Below, piece by piece: positions 38,460 to 47,850 of a stretch of 64,000 nucleotides of DNA (position 1 is its first letter; the number at the start of each line of letters is the position of its first letter). The position numbers were made by a program, and so were the translations under genes. Origin of the DNA: a virus (lineage: Duplodnaviria; Caudoviricetes); the IMG/VR virus record IMGVR_UViG_2896115756_000003, positions 2,869 through 66,868 of that record, one strand, 5' to 3'. The notes under the pieces are model-generated. The model worked only from the letters and a program-made list of their open reading frames with translations, searched no databases and was not told where the DNA came from.

Positions 38460-38719
38460 GTGCGTTCGACGACGATCTGCACGCCGCGATCGCGGGAGTT
38501 CTCAGCTCGCATGGCCTGGGCATGCTCGGCCGGGCGGTAGTGGTCGCCGAAGTCCATGACGACGACGGCGAGCTCGGCCTGATCACCCAGCCGCTGCCCG
38601 ACACCATGCCGATCTGGGACCGCACCGGCCTGCTCGGCTACGCCTCATTGGACCTGGCCGGGCAGGTGACCGCCGCGCGGGTCGTAGAGGTGGAAGCCGA
38701 CGACGAGGAGGAGGAGTAG
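38456..38719 (+). CDS. Hypothetical acidic protein
   Basis: GTGA-coupled ORF. Confidence 0.55.
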   Translation: MSAFDDDLHAAIAGVLSSHGLGMLGRAVVVAEVHDDDGELGLITQPLPDTMPIWDRTGLLGYASLDLAGQVTAARVVEVEADDEEEE

Positions 38720-38721
38720 CC

Positions 38722-39162
38722 GTGGCCGTATCAGGGCGGGTGATCTCTCTGGCGGTGCAGGCGGCGCTCGCGTCCGCGACCGGGCGCAGCTGCGGCTACG
38801 GGGCGGCGCCGCTGGTCGCCGACAAGCCGACCGGGAACACCATCCCGTACTGCGTGCTCTACCCACTTGGTACCGCCCCGATGGACGGGCCGCCGTTCGG
38901 CGATGCGGATGCGGACGCGAAGGTGCTGGTGCAGGTGACGAGCATCGGGTCGACCGCCGAGCAGGCCGAGTGGATGGCCGACAAGGTCCGCACCACGCTG
39001 CTCGGACGGACCGTCAACAGCGGCTTCGCCACGCCGATCACGCCGACCGGGTTCGCGGTGATGGGCCGGGAGCTGGACAAGAGCGATGGGATCAGTGTGG
39101 TCAGCGGCGTATACAGTTACGTCGAGCGGTTCGCCCTGCACGTGACGACTCCGGGTAGCTGA
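38722..39162 (+). CDS. Tail terminator-like protein
   Basis: PYCVLY...VQVTS...QAEW.ADKVR; position before the major tail gene. Confidence 0.7.
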   Translation: MAVSGRVISLAVQAALASATGRSCGYGAAPLVADKPTGNTIPYCVLYPLGTAPMDGPPFGDADADAKVLVQVTSIGSTAEQAEWMADKVRTTLLGRTVNSGFATPITPTGFAVMGRELDKSDGISVVSGVYSYVERFALHVTTPGS

Positions 39163-39305
39163 CCGCTGAGCACGTTCTCACCGTGGAGACCTCGCACGGA
39201 CGCCCGGCCGCCGGCACGGGCTGACTCCCTTCCGCCCTGCTGGGGCGGCTGGTTGGGGTCGGGTCTCCGGGTACTCCGGGCCGTCCCCGGATTGCGAGAG
39301 TCAGC

Positions 39306-39803
39306 GTGGCCACCACGCAGCAGCGGTTCATGCGCCGCGGCGTCACCAGGATCTTCTTCGTCAAGACCATCGCGGCGGCGAGCAACATCCCGACCCGGGC
39401 CGAGCTGAGCGGGCCCGGCGGGACGGACCTGTCGAAGCTGGTGTCCGACGTCGAGGGCTGGGCGCTGGAGAACAGCCCGATCGACACCCCCGACCTGGGC
39501 TCTACGTTCGCCAGCAGCATTCCGGGCGAGGACAAGGCTGCCACCTCCAGCCTCACCTTCTACGAGGACCTGGCGAGCGAGGTCGTGGAGACCCTGCTCA
39601 GCAAGGGCGTCACCGGGTACGTGGTGATCCTCCGCAAGGGCGACGTCCCGAACTCCAAGTCGATGGATGCCTTCCCGGTGCGGGTCGCCTCGCGCGCCGC
39701 GTCGTACTCGACCGGCACGGAGCCGGCGAAGTTCAAGGTCGTCTTCGCGGTGACCGACGTGCCGACCCTGGATGCCGCGGTCCCGGCCGCTGCGGCTGGC
39801 TGA
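39306..39803 (+). CDS. Major tail protein
   Basis: PTRAEL, IDTPDL...IPG; position before the tail chaperone. Confidence 0.8.
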   Translation: MATTQQRFMRRGVTRIFFVKTIAAASNIPTRAELSGPGGTDLSKLVSDVEGWALENSPIDTPDLGSTFASSIPGEDKAATSSLTFYEDLASEVVETLLSKGVTGYVVILRKGDVPNSKSMDAFPVRVASRAASYSTGTEPAKFKVVFAVTDVPTLDAAVPAAAAG

Positions 39804-39814
39804 GCGGGGCGGCG

Positions 39815-40420
39815 ATGAGCAGCATGATCGAGCCGCCGCCGACAGCGGTAGCCAAGGACGCGCACTGGGCGCGGAAGATGGCCCGGCTGCGGGCCCGCCG
39901 CCTGCCAGAGCGCACCGCCTCCTTCTGCGATGACCAGAGCGCCAAGGACGCGGTGAACCGCGCCTCGATCGGCCTGGCGACCGCGCGGGCAGCAGCGCGC
40001 ACCGCCGCCGACACCGAGGGCGTGCCGCCGGAGCAGCGCGAGCAGTGGGCCGAGCAGCACCCCCTGGTCACCGCCGCGAAGGAGGCGCTGGACCGGGCGG
40101 AGCGTGAACTGGACTGCGCCACGGTCGAGCTGACGTTCCGGGGGTTGCCGAGGCCGGTGTGGGAGCAGCTGCTCGCGGAGCATCCGCCGACCCAGGAGCA
40201 GGCCGACAAGGGCCAGGAGTACAACGTGCACTCCTTCCCGGCCGCGCTGGTGGCCGCCTGCCACGTCGAGCGCGACACCGACGGCGCCGAGGTCGATGGG
40301 CTGAGCGTGGCCGAGGCCCAGGAGCTGCTGGACACCTGGTCCGATGCTGACGCGCGGGCGCTGTTCACCGCGGCGCTGCTGGTCAACCAGACGGTTCGGG
40401 CCGACCTGGGAAAAGGCTGA
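39815..40420 (+). CDS. Tail assembly chaperone (gpG-like)
   Basis: Ends at the slippery sequence GGGAAAA (40408-40414). Confidence 0.8.
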   Translation: MSSMIEPPPTAVAKDAHWARKMARLRARRLPERTASFCDDQSAKDAVNRASIGLATARAAARTAADTEGVPPEQREQWAEQHPLVTAAKEALDRAERELDCATVELTFRGLPRPVWEQLLAEHPPTQEQADKGQEYNVHSFPAALVAACHVERDTDGAEVDGLSVAEAQELLDTWSDADARALFTAALLVNQTVRADLGKG

Positions 40421-40749
40421 CCGCCGACCCGGCCTTCCGGGCGGAGATGGAGCTCGCCGACCGGTACGGGATCCCGCACAGCCAGCTGACCGGCGCCGGA
40501 TCGGGCCGGTGGACGGCGCTGGACCGAGCGAAGGCGCTGGCCTTCCTCGCCTACCGGCGGCATGTGTGCGACGGGTGCGGAACCCGGGCGGCGGAGTGGG
40601 ACGAACGCGCGGGAGGTGACCGGTTCGCGTACGTCGCCGAGACGGTGCGCTGCCCGGGCTGCGAGCTGGTGGAGATGGAGCGTGAACGGGTCCCGGACGG
40701 GGCCGAGGGACGCGGGGTGAAGATCGGGCTGCGGCCCAGGAAGGAGTGA
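40408..40749 (+). CDS. Tail assembly chaperone -1 frameshift extension (gpGT-like)
   Basis: The -1 frame is open from the slippery site to 40749; contains CxxC...CxxC. Confidence 0.75.
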   Translation, partial: GKRLTADPAFRAEMELADRYGIPHSQLTGAGSGRWTALDRAKALAFLAYRRHVCDGCGTRAAEWDERAGGDRFAYVAETVRCPGCELVEMERERVPDGAEGRGVKIGLRPRKE

Positions 40750-43700
40750 CCGGCGTGGCCGGCGCCTACACCCTATACGTCCAACTCCAGGCCGGGCTGT
40801 CCGGGTTGACGAACGGCCTGCGCGGCGGGGCCCAGCAACTGCGGGCCTTCGACGGGCAGCTTGGCGCCACCCGGGCAGCCCTGGAGCGAGTGGAGGCGGC
40901 GGCCGAACGTCTGGGCCGCGCCCAGGTCTCGGCGGCGGCCGAAGCGGCGCGCGCCCAGACCACGGTCCGCGAAGCCGTCGAGCGCACGGCCGCCGCCGAG
41001 ACGGCCGCCGCAGCCGCCGGCGAGCGGGCCGGGCGGGCTCAGGCGGTCGCCGCCTCGGCCGCCGCCCGCGCGCAGGCCGAGCAGACGGCGGCAGTGGAGG
41101 CCACGGCCCGCGCCCTGCGGGCTCAGGAGCTGGCCGCGACGATGGCCGCCCGCGCCCAGCAGACCACGGGAGCCGGTGCGCTCGCCGCCCAGCGCACCGC
41201 CGAGGCCGCAGCCGCTTCAGCAGCACGGGCAGGCGAGGCACAGGCAGCGCAGGCGGTGCGGGCCGCGGCCGCACAGGAGACGGCTGCTCGTGCGGCACGC
41301 CTGGCCGAGTCGACCAGCGCCAGCGCCACAGCGGCAGCGGTCGCTGCCACCCAGGCCCGCACCGCCCAGGCCGCTACAGAGGAGCAGGCCGCGCGCCGCA
41401 CTGCAACGGCCACTGCCCAAGTCACGGCTGCCGAACGGGAAGCCGCCGCGGCGACGCAGGCCGCCAACGCCGCCCGCACCGCCAGCTACGCCAAGAGCGG
41501 CCTGCTGATCGGCGCGATTCTCGCGGCTGGCATCGCCCAATCGGTGGCACTGCAACGGGAGATGGCCAACGTCCTGACCATCTCCGAGCAGATCACGCCC
41601 CGCAACCTCGGCGTCTACACCGAGCAGATCATTGCAATGTCCAAGGAACTTCCGCAGTCTGCCCGGCAGTTGGCCGAAGGCCTCTACCAGGTCGTCTCGA
41701 CCGGGTTCGACGGCGCGCAGGCGATGGAGATCTTGCACGTCGCCGCGAAGGGCGCCTCCGCCGGCCTGACCACCACCGAGGTCTCCGCCAGGGCCCTGCT
41801 CGGGGTCCTGAAGGCGTACGGGCTGCCCGCCTCGCAGGCGTCCGACGTGATGGACGTGATGTTCCAGATCGTCAACAAGGGTGTCGTCTCGTTCGCCGAA
41901 CTCGCCCAGCAGCTCGGCGACGTGGTGCCTATGGCGGCGGCCGCCGGAGTGAAGTTCGACGACCTCGGCGCAGCCCTGGCGGGCATCACCCTGGCCGGCA
42001 TCCCAGCCGCCGAGTCGGCCACCGCACTCAACATGCTGATGACCCGCCTGATGCGCCCCACACGGGAACTGACCGACCTGATGCACGACTTGGGGTACGA
42101 GTCGGCGGCCAGCGCCGTGCAGCAGGATGGCCTGTACGTGGTCATCCAGAAGGTGAACGCCGCGACCAAGGGCAGCGCCGAGCAGACCGTGCAGCTGTTC
42201 AAGGACATCCGCGCCGTCCGCGCCGTGCTGGCACTCGCGGCCGCCGACGGGAAGAACTACTCAGACGCCTACCAGGCGATCGCCATCGCGACCGAGCGCG
42301 CCGGAGCCACCCAGAAGGCATACGCCCTGCAGGCGAACACGGTGGCCGGGCAGTGGGACCTGGCCCGCAACCGCGCCGCAGCCCTGGGCATGGACATCTC
42401 GCGGCTGCTGCTGCCGGTCCTCCAAGAGCTGACGGCCGACACCTCGGCGGTCATCGGAGCGATCGGCGACTTGCCCGCACCGGTCAAGGACCTCGCCGGA
42501 GTCCTGATCGCGTTGGCCGCCGCCGGGATGCTGACCCGTTCCGCCCTCTCCGTGGTCTCCTCCCAGCTGACAGCGTTCCGTGCCGCCACTGCCGAGGCCG
42601 CGGCCGGCGGCTCCGTGCTGCCGGTGATCCTGCGCGGCGCCAGCCTGGCGGTGACCGGCCTGTCTTCGGTCCTGGCACTCGGTGTGCTCGGCTACGCCGC
42701 CTACTCGGCGTCCAAGCAGCACGCCAAGCAGGTCACCGACGACCTGGCGGCGGCGCTGCGCCGCGAACGCGAAGAACACGAGCAGGGCGCGGGACTTCGA
42801 GCACTGGCTGAGTCGTTGTCCGGCTCTGACGACCTGAAGAAGCTCCAGGCCGCTGGCTTGGCGTTCAACGAGATCGTCGACGGGCTGGTGAACGGCGGCG
42901 ACAAGCTGAGCCAGCTCAAGGACCGCCTGGACGTGGGCAAGCTCGCCTCCTGGAACAAGGACCTGATGGCGTACGACCCGAGCTACGACAAGGCCAAGGA
43001 GATCCTCGACCAGCGCCGCAAGACCTGGTCGGACGCCGTCCGCAAGGATGCCGAGCTGGCGGACGCGATGAACATCATCAGCGCCAAGGTGAACAACGCC
43101 GTCCAGACCTCGGCGAAGGCCTGGAACCTCGACATGCTCGTCCCGCATGGCAAGAACGGCGAAGCCCAGTACACCGACCAGATGAAGGCCATGGCCAAGG
43201 CGATCGGTGACGTCGTCTCGCCGACGACCGCGTGGAAGGACGCGCAGGACAAGGCCGCTTCCTCCACCCGCGCGGGCGCGCTGTCGGTGGACCTGGCCAA
43301 GACCAGCATCGGCGAGTACATCGACAAGCTCGCCGACCAGCACAAGACCACTCAGCAGTTCCAGCAGGACCTTCAGGAGCTACGGGAGCGCGGCTACGGC
43401 CAGCTCGCCGAGCACTTCGCGCAGCTCGGCGATGCCTCCGCCGGCATGGCCTCCCAGCTGGTGGAGAACCTGCGCCAGGGCAAGGCCGGGGCCGCTGAGC
43501 AGCTGACCGGCCTGGTCCAGGTCACCAAGGCCAAGCTGGACGACTACATGGCCGAGCTGCGCACCCAGCTGCAGGCCCAGCGCGACTGGCAGCACAACCT
43601 GTCCGAACTCGCGCTGGCCGGCTACAGCGATCTGACCGCGCACTTCGCCGACCTCGGCCAGTCGGCGGCGCCGATCCTGGACGAGCTGGTCAAGCAGCTC

Positions 43701-44915
43701 AAGGCCGGGCACACCCAGGTCGCCGACGAGCTCCAGTCGATCGTGGCGGAGTCCACCGCCCGCTCCCAGGCCACCTACCAGGCCGGGCTGGAGCAGCTGC
43801 CCGCGATCGCCGCCAAGTACGGCGCCGACACCGCCCGCGCCTGGGCCACGGCGGCCGAGACCAACGACGTCGCAGCCTTCGGCAAGGTCCTCCAGCAGAT
43901 GGCGGTCGCCGACATGGCCAACGCGGTCAAGATGGGCACCGACGCCTCCCGCCAGCAGATGGCCATCGGCTTGGACCTGGTCACCCAGGTCGCCGGCGCC
44001 AAGGGCCTCGACTCCGCGCAGGCCTTCGCCGACGCCCTGCTCGCCGGGGACATCAACCGGGCGATGACCACGCTGGCCACGATCTGGGGCGCCGACCAGC
44101 CGATCAGCCCGCCCGACCTGAGCGCCGTCATCGCCGCGTTCGGCACCGCCGGGTCCCAGGCCAAGGACCAGTGGTCCGCGATGCTCCAGCTGATCGAGCA
44201 GGTCTCCAAGGAGCGCGGCCAGGCCACCGCCCAGGCCCTCACCAAGGCGCTGCTTTCCGGCGACATGGGCGCCGTGCAGGCTGAACTCGACAAGATCGGC
44301 GCCTCCGTGCGCGCTATCCCCGGCCAGAAGACCATCACCGTGTCCGTGGACGCGCCAAGCTCAGTGAACATCCCGATCTACCTCCAGCAGCAGAGCAAGA
44401 ACGAGAAGGAGATGGAGCGCCTCGGTCGGGAAGCCAACGGCGGTGTGCTGTCCTTCTACGCCCAAGGCGGCATCCGGCGCGAAGAGCACGTCGCGCAGAT
44501 CGCCCCGGCCGGGGCCTGGCGGGTCTGGGCCGAGCCGGAGACCGCCGGCGAGGCGTACATCCCGCTCGCAGCTGGCAAGCGGGCTCGCTCCAGGCAGATC
44601 CTCCAGGAAGTCGCCCATCGGTTCGGCGGCCAGGTTGTATACGGCCTCGCGGCAGGGCGCCAGTTCGCCGACGGCGGCATCCTCACCTCGACGGCCGCAC
44701 CGCCGCGCACGTTGGCCGCCACCCAACGGGTCATCAAGCTCGTCCCGGCCCAGCCGCCGGGCCGAACCGTTGTGATCGTCCAATCACCCGAACAGGCACG
44801 GCCGTTGATCGGCTCGATGCCGATCACCATCACCGGTGGCGGCGACCGGCCCGAAGCGTTCGCCGACGCCGTGATGCGCCGAGTACGCCACCTCCAGCGC
44901 GGAGGCCGCGCATGA
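40746..44915 (+). CDS. Tape measure protein (TP901 family)
   Basis: 1389 aa, Ala-rich helical; LAEGLYQVVSTG, NKG..SFAELA, and C-terminal WAEPETAGEAYIPL. Confidence 0.92.
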   Translation: MTGVAGAYTLYVQLQAGLSGLTNGLRGGAQQLRAFDGQLGATRAALERVEAAAERLGRAQVSAAAEAARAQTTVREAVERTAAAETAAAAAGERAGRAQAVAASAAARAQAEQTAAVEATARALRAQELAATMAARAQQTTGAGALAAQRTAEAAAASAARAGEAQAAQAVRAAAAQETAARAARLAESTSASATAAAVAATQARTAQAATEEQAARRTATATAQVTAAEREAAAATQAANAARTASYAKSGLLIGAILAAGIAQSVALQREMANVLTISEQITPRNLGVYTEQIIAMSKELPQSARQLAEGLYQVVSTGFDGAQAMEILHVAAKGASAGLTTTEVSARALLGVLKAYGLPASQASDVMDVMFQIVNKGVVSFAELAQQLGDVVPMAAAAGVKFDDLGAALAGITLAGIPAAESATALNMLMTRLMRPTRELTDLMHDLGYESAASAVQQDGLYVVIQKVNAATKGSAEQTVQLFKDIRAVRAVLALAAADGKNYSDAYQAIAIATERAGATQKAYALQANTVAGQWDLARNRAAALGMDISRLLLPVLQELTADTSAVIGAIGDLPAPVKDLAGVLIALAAAGMLTRSALSVVSSQLTAFRAATAEAAAGGSVLPVILRGASLAVTGLSSVLALGVLGYAAYSASKQHAKQVTDDLAAALRREREEHEQGAGLRALAESLSGSDDLKKLQAAGLAFNEIVDGLVNGGDKLSQLKDRLDVGKLASWNKDLMAYDPSYDKAKEILDQRRKTWSDAVRKDAELADAMNIISAKVNNAVQTSAKAWNLDMLVPHGKNGEAQYTDQMKAMAKAIGDVVSPTTAWKDAQDKAASSTRAGALSVDLAKTSIGEYIDKLADQHKTTQQFQQDLQELRERGYGQLAEHFAQLGDASAGMASQLVENLRQGKAGAAEQLTGLVQVTKAKLDDYMAELRTQLQAQRDWQHNLSELALAGYSDLTAHFADLGQSAAPILDELVKQLKAGHTQVADELQSIVAESTARSQATYQAGLEQLPAIAAKYGADTARAWATAAETNDVAAFGKVLQQMAVADMANAVKMGTDASRQQMAIGLDLVTQVAGAKGLDSAQAFADALLAGDINRAMTTLATIWGADQPISPPDLSAVIAAFGTAGSQAKDQWSAMLQLIEQVSKERGQATAQALTKALLSGDMGAVQAELDKIGASVRAIPGQKTITVSVDAPSSVNIPIYLQQQSKNEKEMERLGREANGGVLSFYAQGGIRREEHVAQIAPAGAWRVWAEPETAGEAYIPLAAGKRARSRQILQEVAHRFGGQVVYGLAAGRQFADGGILTSTAAPPRTLAATQRVIKLVPAQPPGRTVVIVQSPEQARPLIGSMPITITGGGDRPEAFADAVMRRVRHLQRGGRA

Positions 44916-45808
44916 CCAACACCCCGCTCGCGGACTGGCAGTTCGACCTGGCCGGCCTGGTGATCGGCCACGGCACCGACATCCCGGTCTCCGACATCGA
45001 GCAACAGACGGAACAGCGCACTGCCGACGTACCGATCCCCGGCGAGGACGGCACCTTCCCCGGCCGCGACCTCCTCGGCAGCCGCACCCTGCGCATCGAG
45101 GCCGGCATCCGCACCCCGGGCGACCCCGAGGCCGCGCTCGCCCTCCTGGCCCGCCTGGAGCAGACCGCCGCCGACCCGGCCGTGCGAACCACAGCCGGCT
45201 CCACCGCGGTGCTGCGGGCCAAGCGGCCCGGCCAGGGCGTGCGCCGCCTGGTCGGCAGAGTCCGCCGCGCCGGAGCGGTCAGCATGGCCCGCGCCGTGCA
45301 CGGCTGGATCCCCGTGGAGATCGAGTTCACCGCCACCGACCCGGCCTGGCAGGCCGACGACCTGTCCGGCCTCACCGTCGGACTCGACCCCGGCGCCCAG
45401 CTCGGCCAGGGCTTCACGGCGCCGCTGCGCGCCCCGATCACGACCGGCGTCGCCACACCGGAGGCCCGGCCCGGCTGGGCCACCAACCGGGGAGACCGGG
45501 CGGCGTGGCCGAGCCTGCGGATCACCGGGCCGGTCGTCAACCCCAGCGTGTGGGTGGTAGAGACCGGCCAGCGCCTCGACCTGGCCATCACCCTCGCCGT
45601 GGGCGAGTACCTGGACATCGAGACCGCCCCCGGCACCCGGTGGCTGATGCTCAACGGCCGCTCCTACGCCGCCGGAGCCCTGCGGTCCGGGCGCCTGGAC
45701 CGCCTCACCCTCCCACCGGGGCGCAGCGAGATCCGCTGGACCGCGCTCGACTACAGCGGCACCTCCCGTCTCGCCGTCACCTGGCGCGACACCTACAACA
45801 GCCTTTAA
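44912..45808 (+). CDS. Distal tail protein
   Basis: Follows the tape measure gene; FTATDP, N.GD..AWP...ITGP, LPPGRS. Confidence 0.8.
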   Translation: MTNTPLADWQFDLAGLVIGHGTDIPVSDIEQQTEQRTADVPIPGEDGTFPGRDLLGSRTLRIEAGIRTPGDPEAALALLARLEQTAADPAVRTTAGSTAVLRAKRPGQGVRRLVGRVRRAGAVSMARAVHGWIPVEIEFTATDPAWQADDLSGLTVGLDPGAQLGQGFTAPLRAPITTGVATPEARPGWATNRGDRAAWPSLRITGPVVNPSVWVVETGQRLDLAITLAVGEYLDIETAPGTRWLMLNGRSYAAGALRSGRLDRLTLPPGRSEIRWTALDYSGTSRLAVTWRDTYNSL

Positions 45809-45819
45809 GGAGACACGAG

Positions 45820-46749
45820 TTGACCCTGATCAATCCGCCGCTGATGGTCACCGGCGGCATCCACCCCGCCAGGGCCATGCGGATGATGATCCGTGACCTG
45901 TCCCGGGGCTCCCAAGGCATCACCGAGGGCGGCGACTTGAAAGTCAGCGCCCTCACCACGCCCGGCCCCGGGGTGCGGGTCGGGCCAGGCAGTGCGGTGA
46001 TCCGCGGCGCCGCGTGGGGCCAGGGCTCCTACACCCAGGCCAACGCGGGCGACACCGTCGTGCCGATCGCCCCGACCAGCGCCAGGGACCGCATCGACCT
46101 GATCGTCCTGCGGATCGAGGACCCCGAGTACGAGGGCAACCGCGACCCCGCGAAGGACGACATCGGCTACATCCAGGTCATCTCCGACGTGTCCCGCGGC
46201 GCGCTCACCGTCCCGCCCGGCATGACCGCCATCCCGCTGGCCTGGGTCTGGCAGCCGCCGAACTGCCAGACCGTCACCAGCAACATGATCAACGACCTGC
46301 GGCAGCTGGCGAACCCGCGCCGGGACCGGCGCCTCCAGACGATCACCTCGTTCACGCCCTCGGAACTGCCTGCCCAGTCAGGAGTCTGGCAGTCGAACTG
46401 GCCACCCAACGCGGCCATCACCATCGACGTGCCGCCGTGGGCCACACTCGCCCACTTCGTCACGACCCTCACCGGTCTGCGAGTGTGGGGCGAGACCTAC
46501 ATCGGATTTCGGAACCTCTACGGCGGCAACCCGCTGACCGAGTTCAAGGTCGACACCGACACCATCACCAGCGCCTCTCGCGTGAGCCAGGTCTGCGCAG
46601 ACGTCGTGTTCGTCCAACCCGCCCATCGCGGCACAAGGCAGGAACTGCGCCTCCAGGCAGGTCGGTACCTCGACATCAAGGGCGGCTGCAACGTGGACGG
46701 CGCCACCGCCTTTGTCTTCGATGTCGAGTTCGTCGAAGGGGTGCGGTGA
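45820..46749 (+). CDS. Minor tail protein
   Basis: RIDLIVLRIEDP and IPLA...P motifs. Confidence 0.7.
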   Translation: MTLINPPLMVTGGIHPARAMRMMIRDLSRGSQGITEGGDLKVSALTTPGPGVRVGPGSAVIRGAAWGQGSYTQANAGDTVVPIAPTSARDRIDLIVLRIEDPEYEGNRDPAKDDIGYIQVISDVSRGALTVPPGMTAIPLAWVWQPPNCQTVTSNMINDLRQLANPRRDRRLQTITSFTPSELPAQSGVWQSNWPPNAAITIDVPPWATLAHFVTTLTGLRVWGETYIGFRNLYGGNPLTEFKVDTDTITSASRVSQVCADVVFVQPAHRGTRQELRLQAGRYLDIKGGCNVDGATAFVFDVEFVEGVR

Positions 46750-46752
46750 CAC

Positions 46753-47838
46753 ATGCCCGGCGCCTACCGGTACTTCACCACCCACGCCGTCACCGGCGAG
46801 GTACTGAGCATCGACCTGCCGCTCGCCGACGTCGAGTTCGGCCCCGAGCTCAACGGTCCCGGTCGCTTCACCGGCACCCTGGCACCAGACCTGCCAGGCC
46901 TGGACGTCCGCCAACTGGACTCCGGGACCGTGCTGTTGTGGGCCGAGCGCGGCGAACAACTGCTCTGGGGCGGCCTGGTGTGGCGCGCCGAACCCGACGA
47001 GGAGCGGTACCGGATCGAGGCCGCAGGGTTCTCCTCCTACCTCGGACGCCGCTTCGACCTGCACGGCAACCTCTCCGGCCGTGCACCGTACAAGGGCACG
47101 GACCCGTGCCAGGTGATCGCCGACGTGTGGGCATACTGCCAGGCGCAACCCGACGGCGACCTCGCCGTGATCGTCGAGCAGCCACCCGGCGGCAGCCCAG
47201 GCCGACTCGGCACCACGGAGCAGCCCTACACCGTCAAGGAATGGGAAGCACCGAGCCTCGCAGCCGTCGTGCGCGACGCCGCAGGCGTGGACGGCGGACC
47301 GGAATGGACCGAGCGCGTCACCCGCACCCCGGACGGCCGCCTGGAGCGCCGTATCGTCCTGGACTCACCGCGCCTGGGCACTCGCCGCGCCGACCTGGTC
47401 TTCGCCACCGGAGTCAACATCATCGACAAACCGACCGCGGCAGCCGACGGCGACCAGTACGCCCAGGTCCTCGTCGCGCTCGGCGCCGGCGACGGCAGCG
47501 CGAAAGTCCGCACCACCGACGCTATCCGTGACGGACGCCTACGCCTGGAAGCCGTCCTGGATCGGCCCTCCATCACCGACCGCACCGCCCTGGCAGCCCT
47601 GGCCCGCACCGAGCGGATCCGCCGCTCCCAACTCGCCCAGGTCACCGAGATCACCGTGCACGACCACCCAGCCGCGCCGATCGGCTCGTGGCAGGTAGGC
47701 GACGACGTGCGCGTGCAGATCCACGAGCCGCGGATCGACTTCGACGGCTGGCGACGCATCGTCGGCTGGACCCTCCAACCCGACCACGCCGGCCAGGAAA
47801 CCGCCACCCTCCACCTTGCCAACGCCTACACCTCGTGA
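46753..47838 (+). CDS. Minor tail / baseplate hub protein
   Basis: ELNGPG, LWGGLVW and LGAGDG motifs. Confidence 0.7.
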   Translation: MPGAYRYFTTHAVTGEVLSIDLPLADVEFGPELNGPGRFTGTLAPDLPGLDVRQLDSGTVLLWAERGEQLLWGGLVWRAEPDEERYRIEAAGFSSYLGRRFDLHGNLSGRAPYKGTDPCQVIADVWAYCQAQPDGDLAVIVEQPPGGSPGRLGTTEQPYTVKEWEAPSLAAVVRDAAGVDGGPEWTERVTRTPDGRLERRIVLDSPRLGTRRADLVFATGVNIIDKPTAAADGDQYAQVLVALGAGDGSAKVRTTDAIRDGRLRLEAVLDRPSITDRTALAALARTERIRRSQLAQVTEITVHDHPAAPIGSWQVGDDVRVQIHEPRIDFDGWRRIVGWTLQPDHAGQETATLHLANAYTS

Positions 47839-47850
47839 GGAGACCGAGAG

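Noticed and set aside
40900-41490. Ala-rich low-complexity repeat region
   Set aside because: Part of the tape measure protein coiled coil, not an independent repeat element
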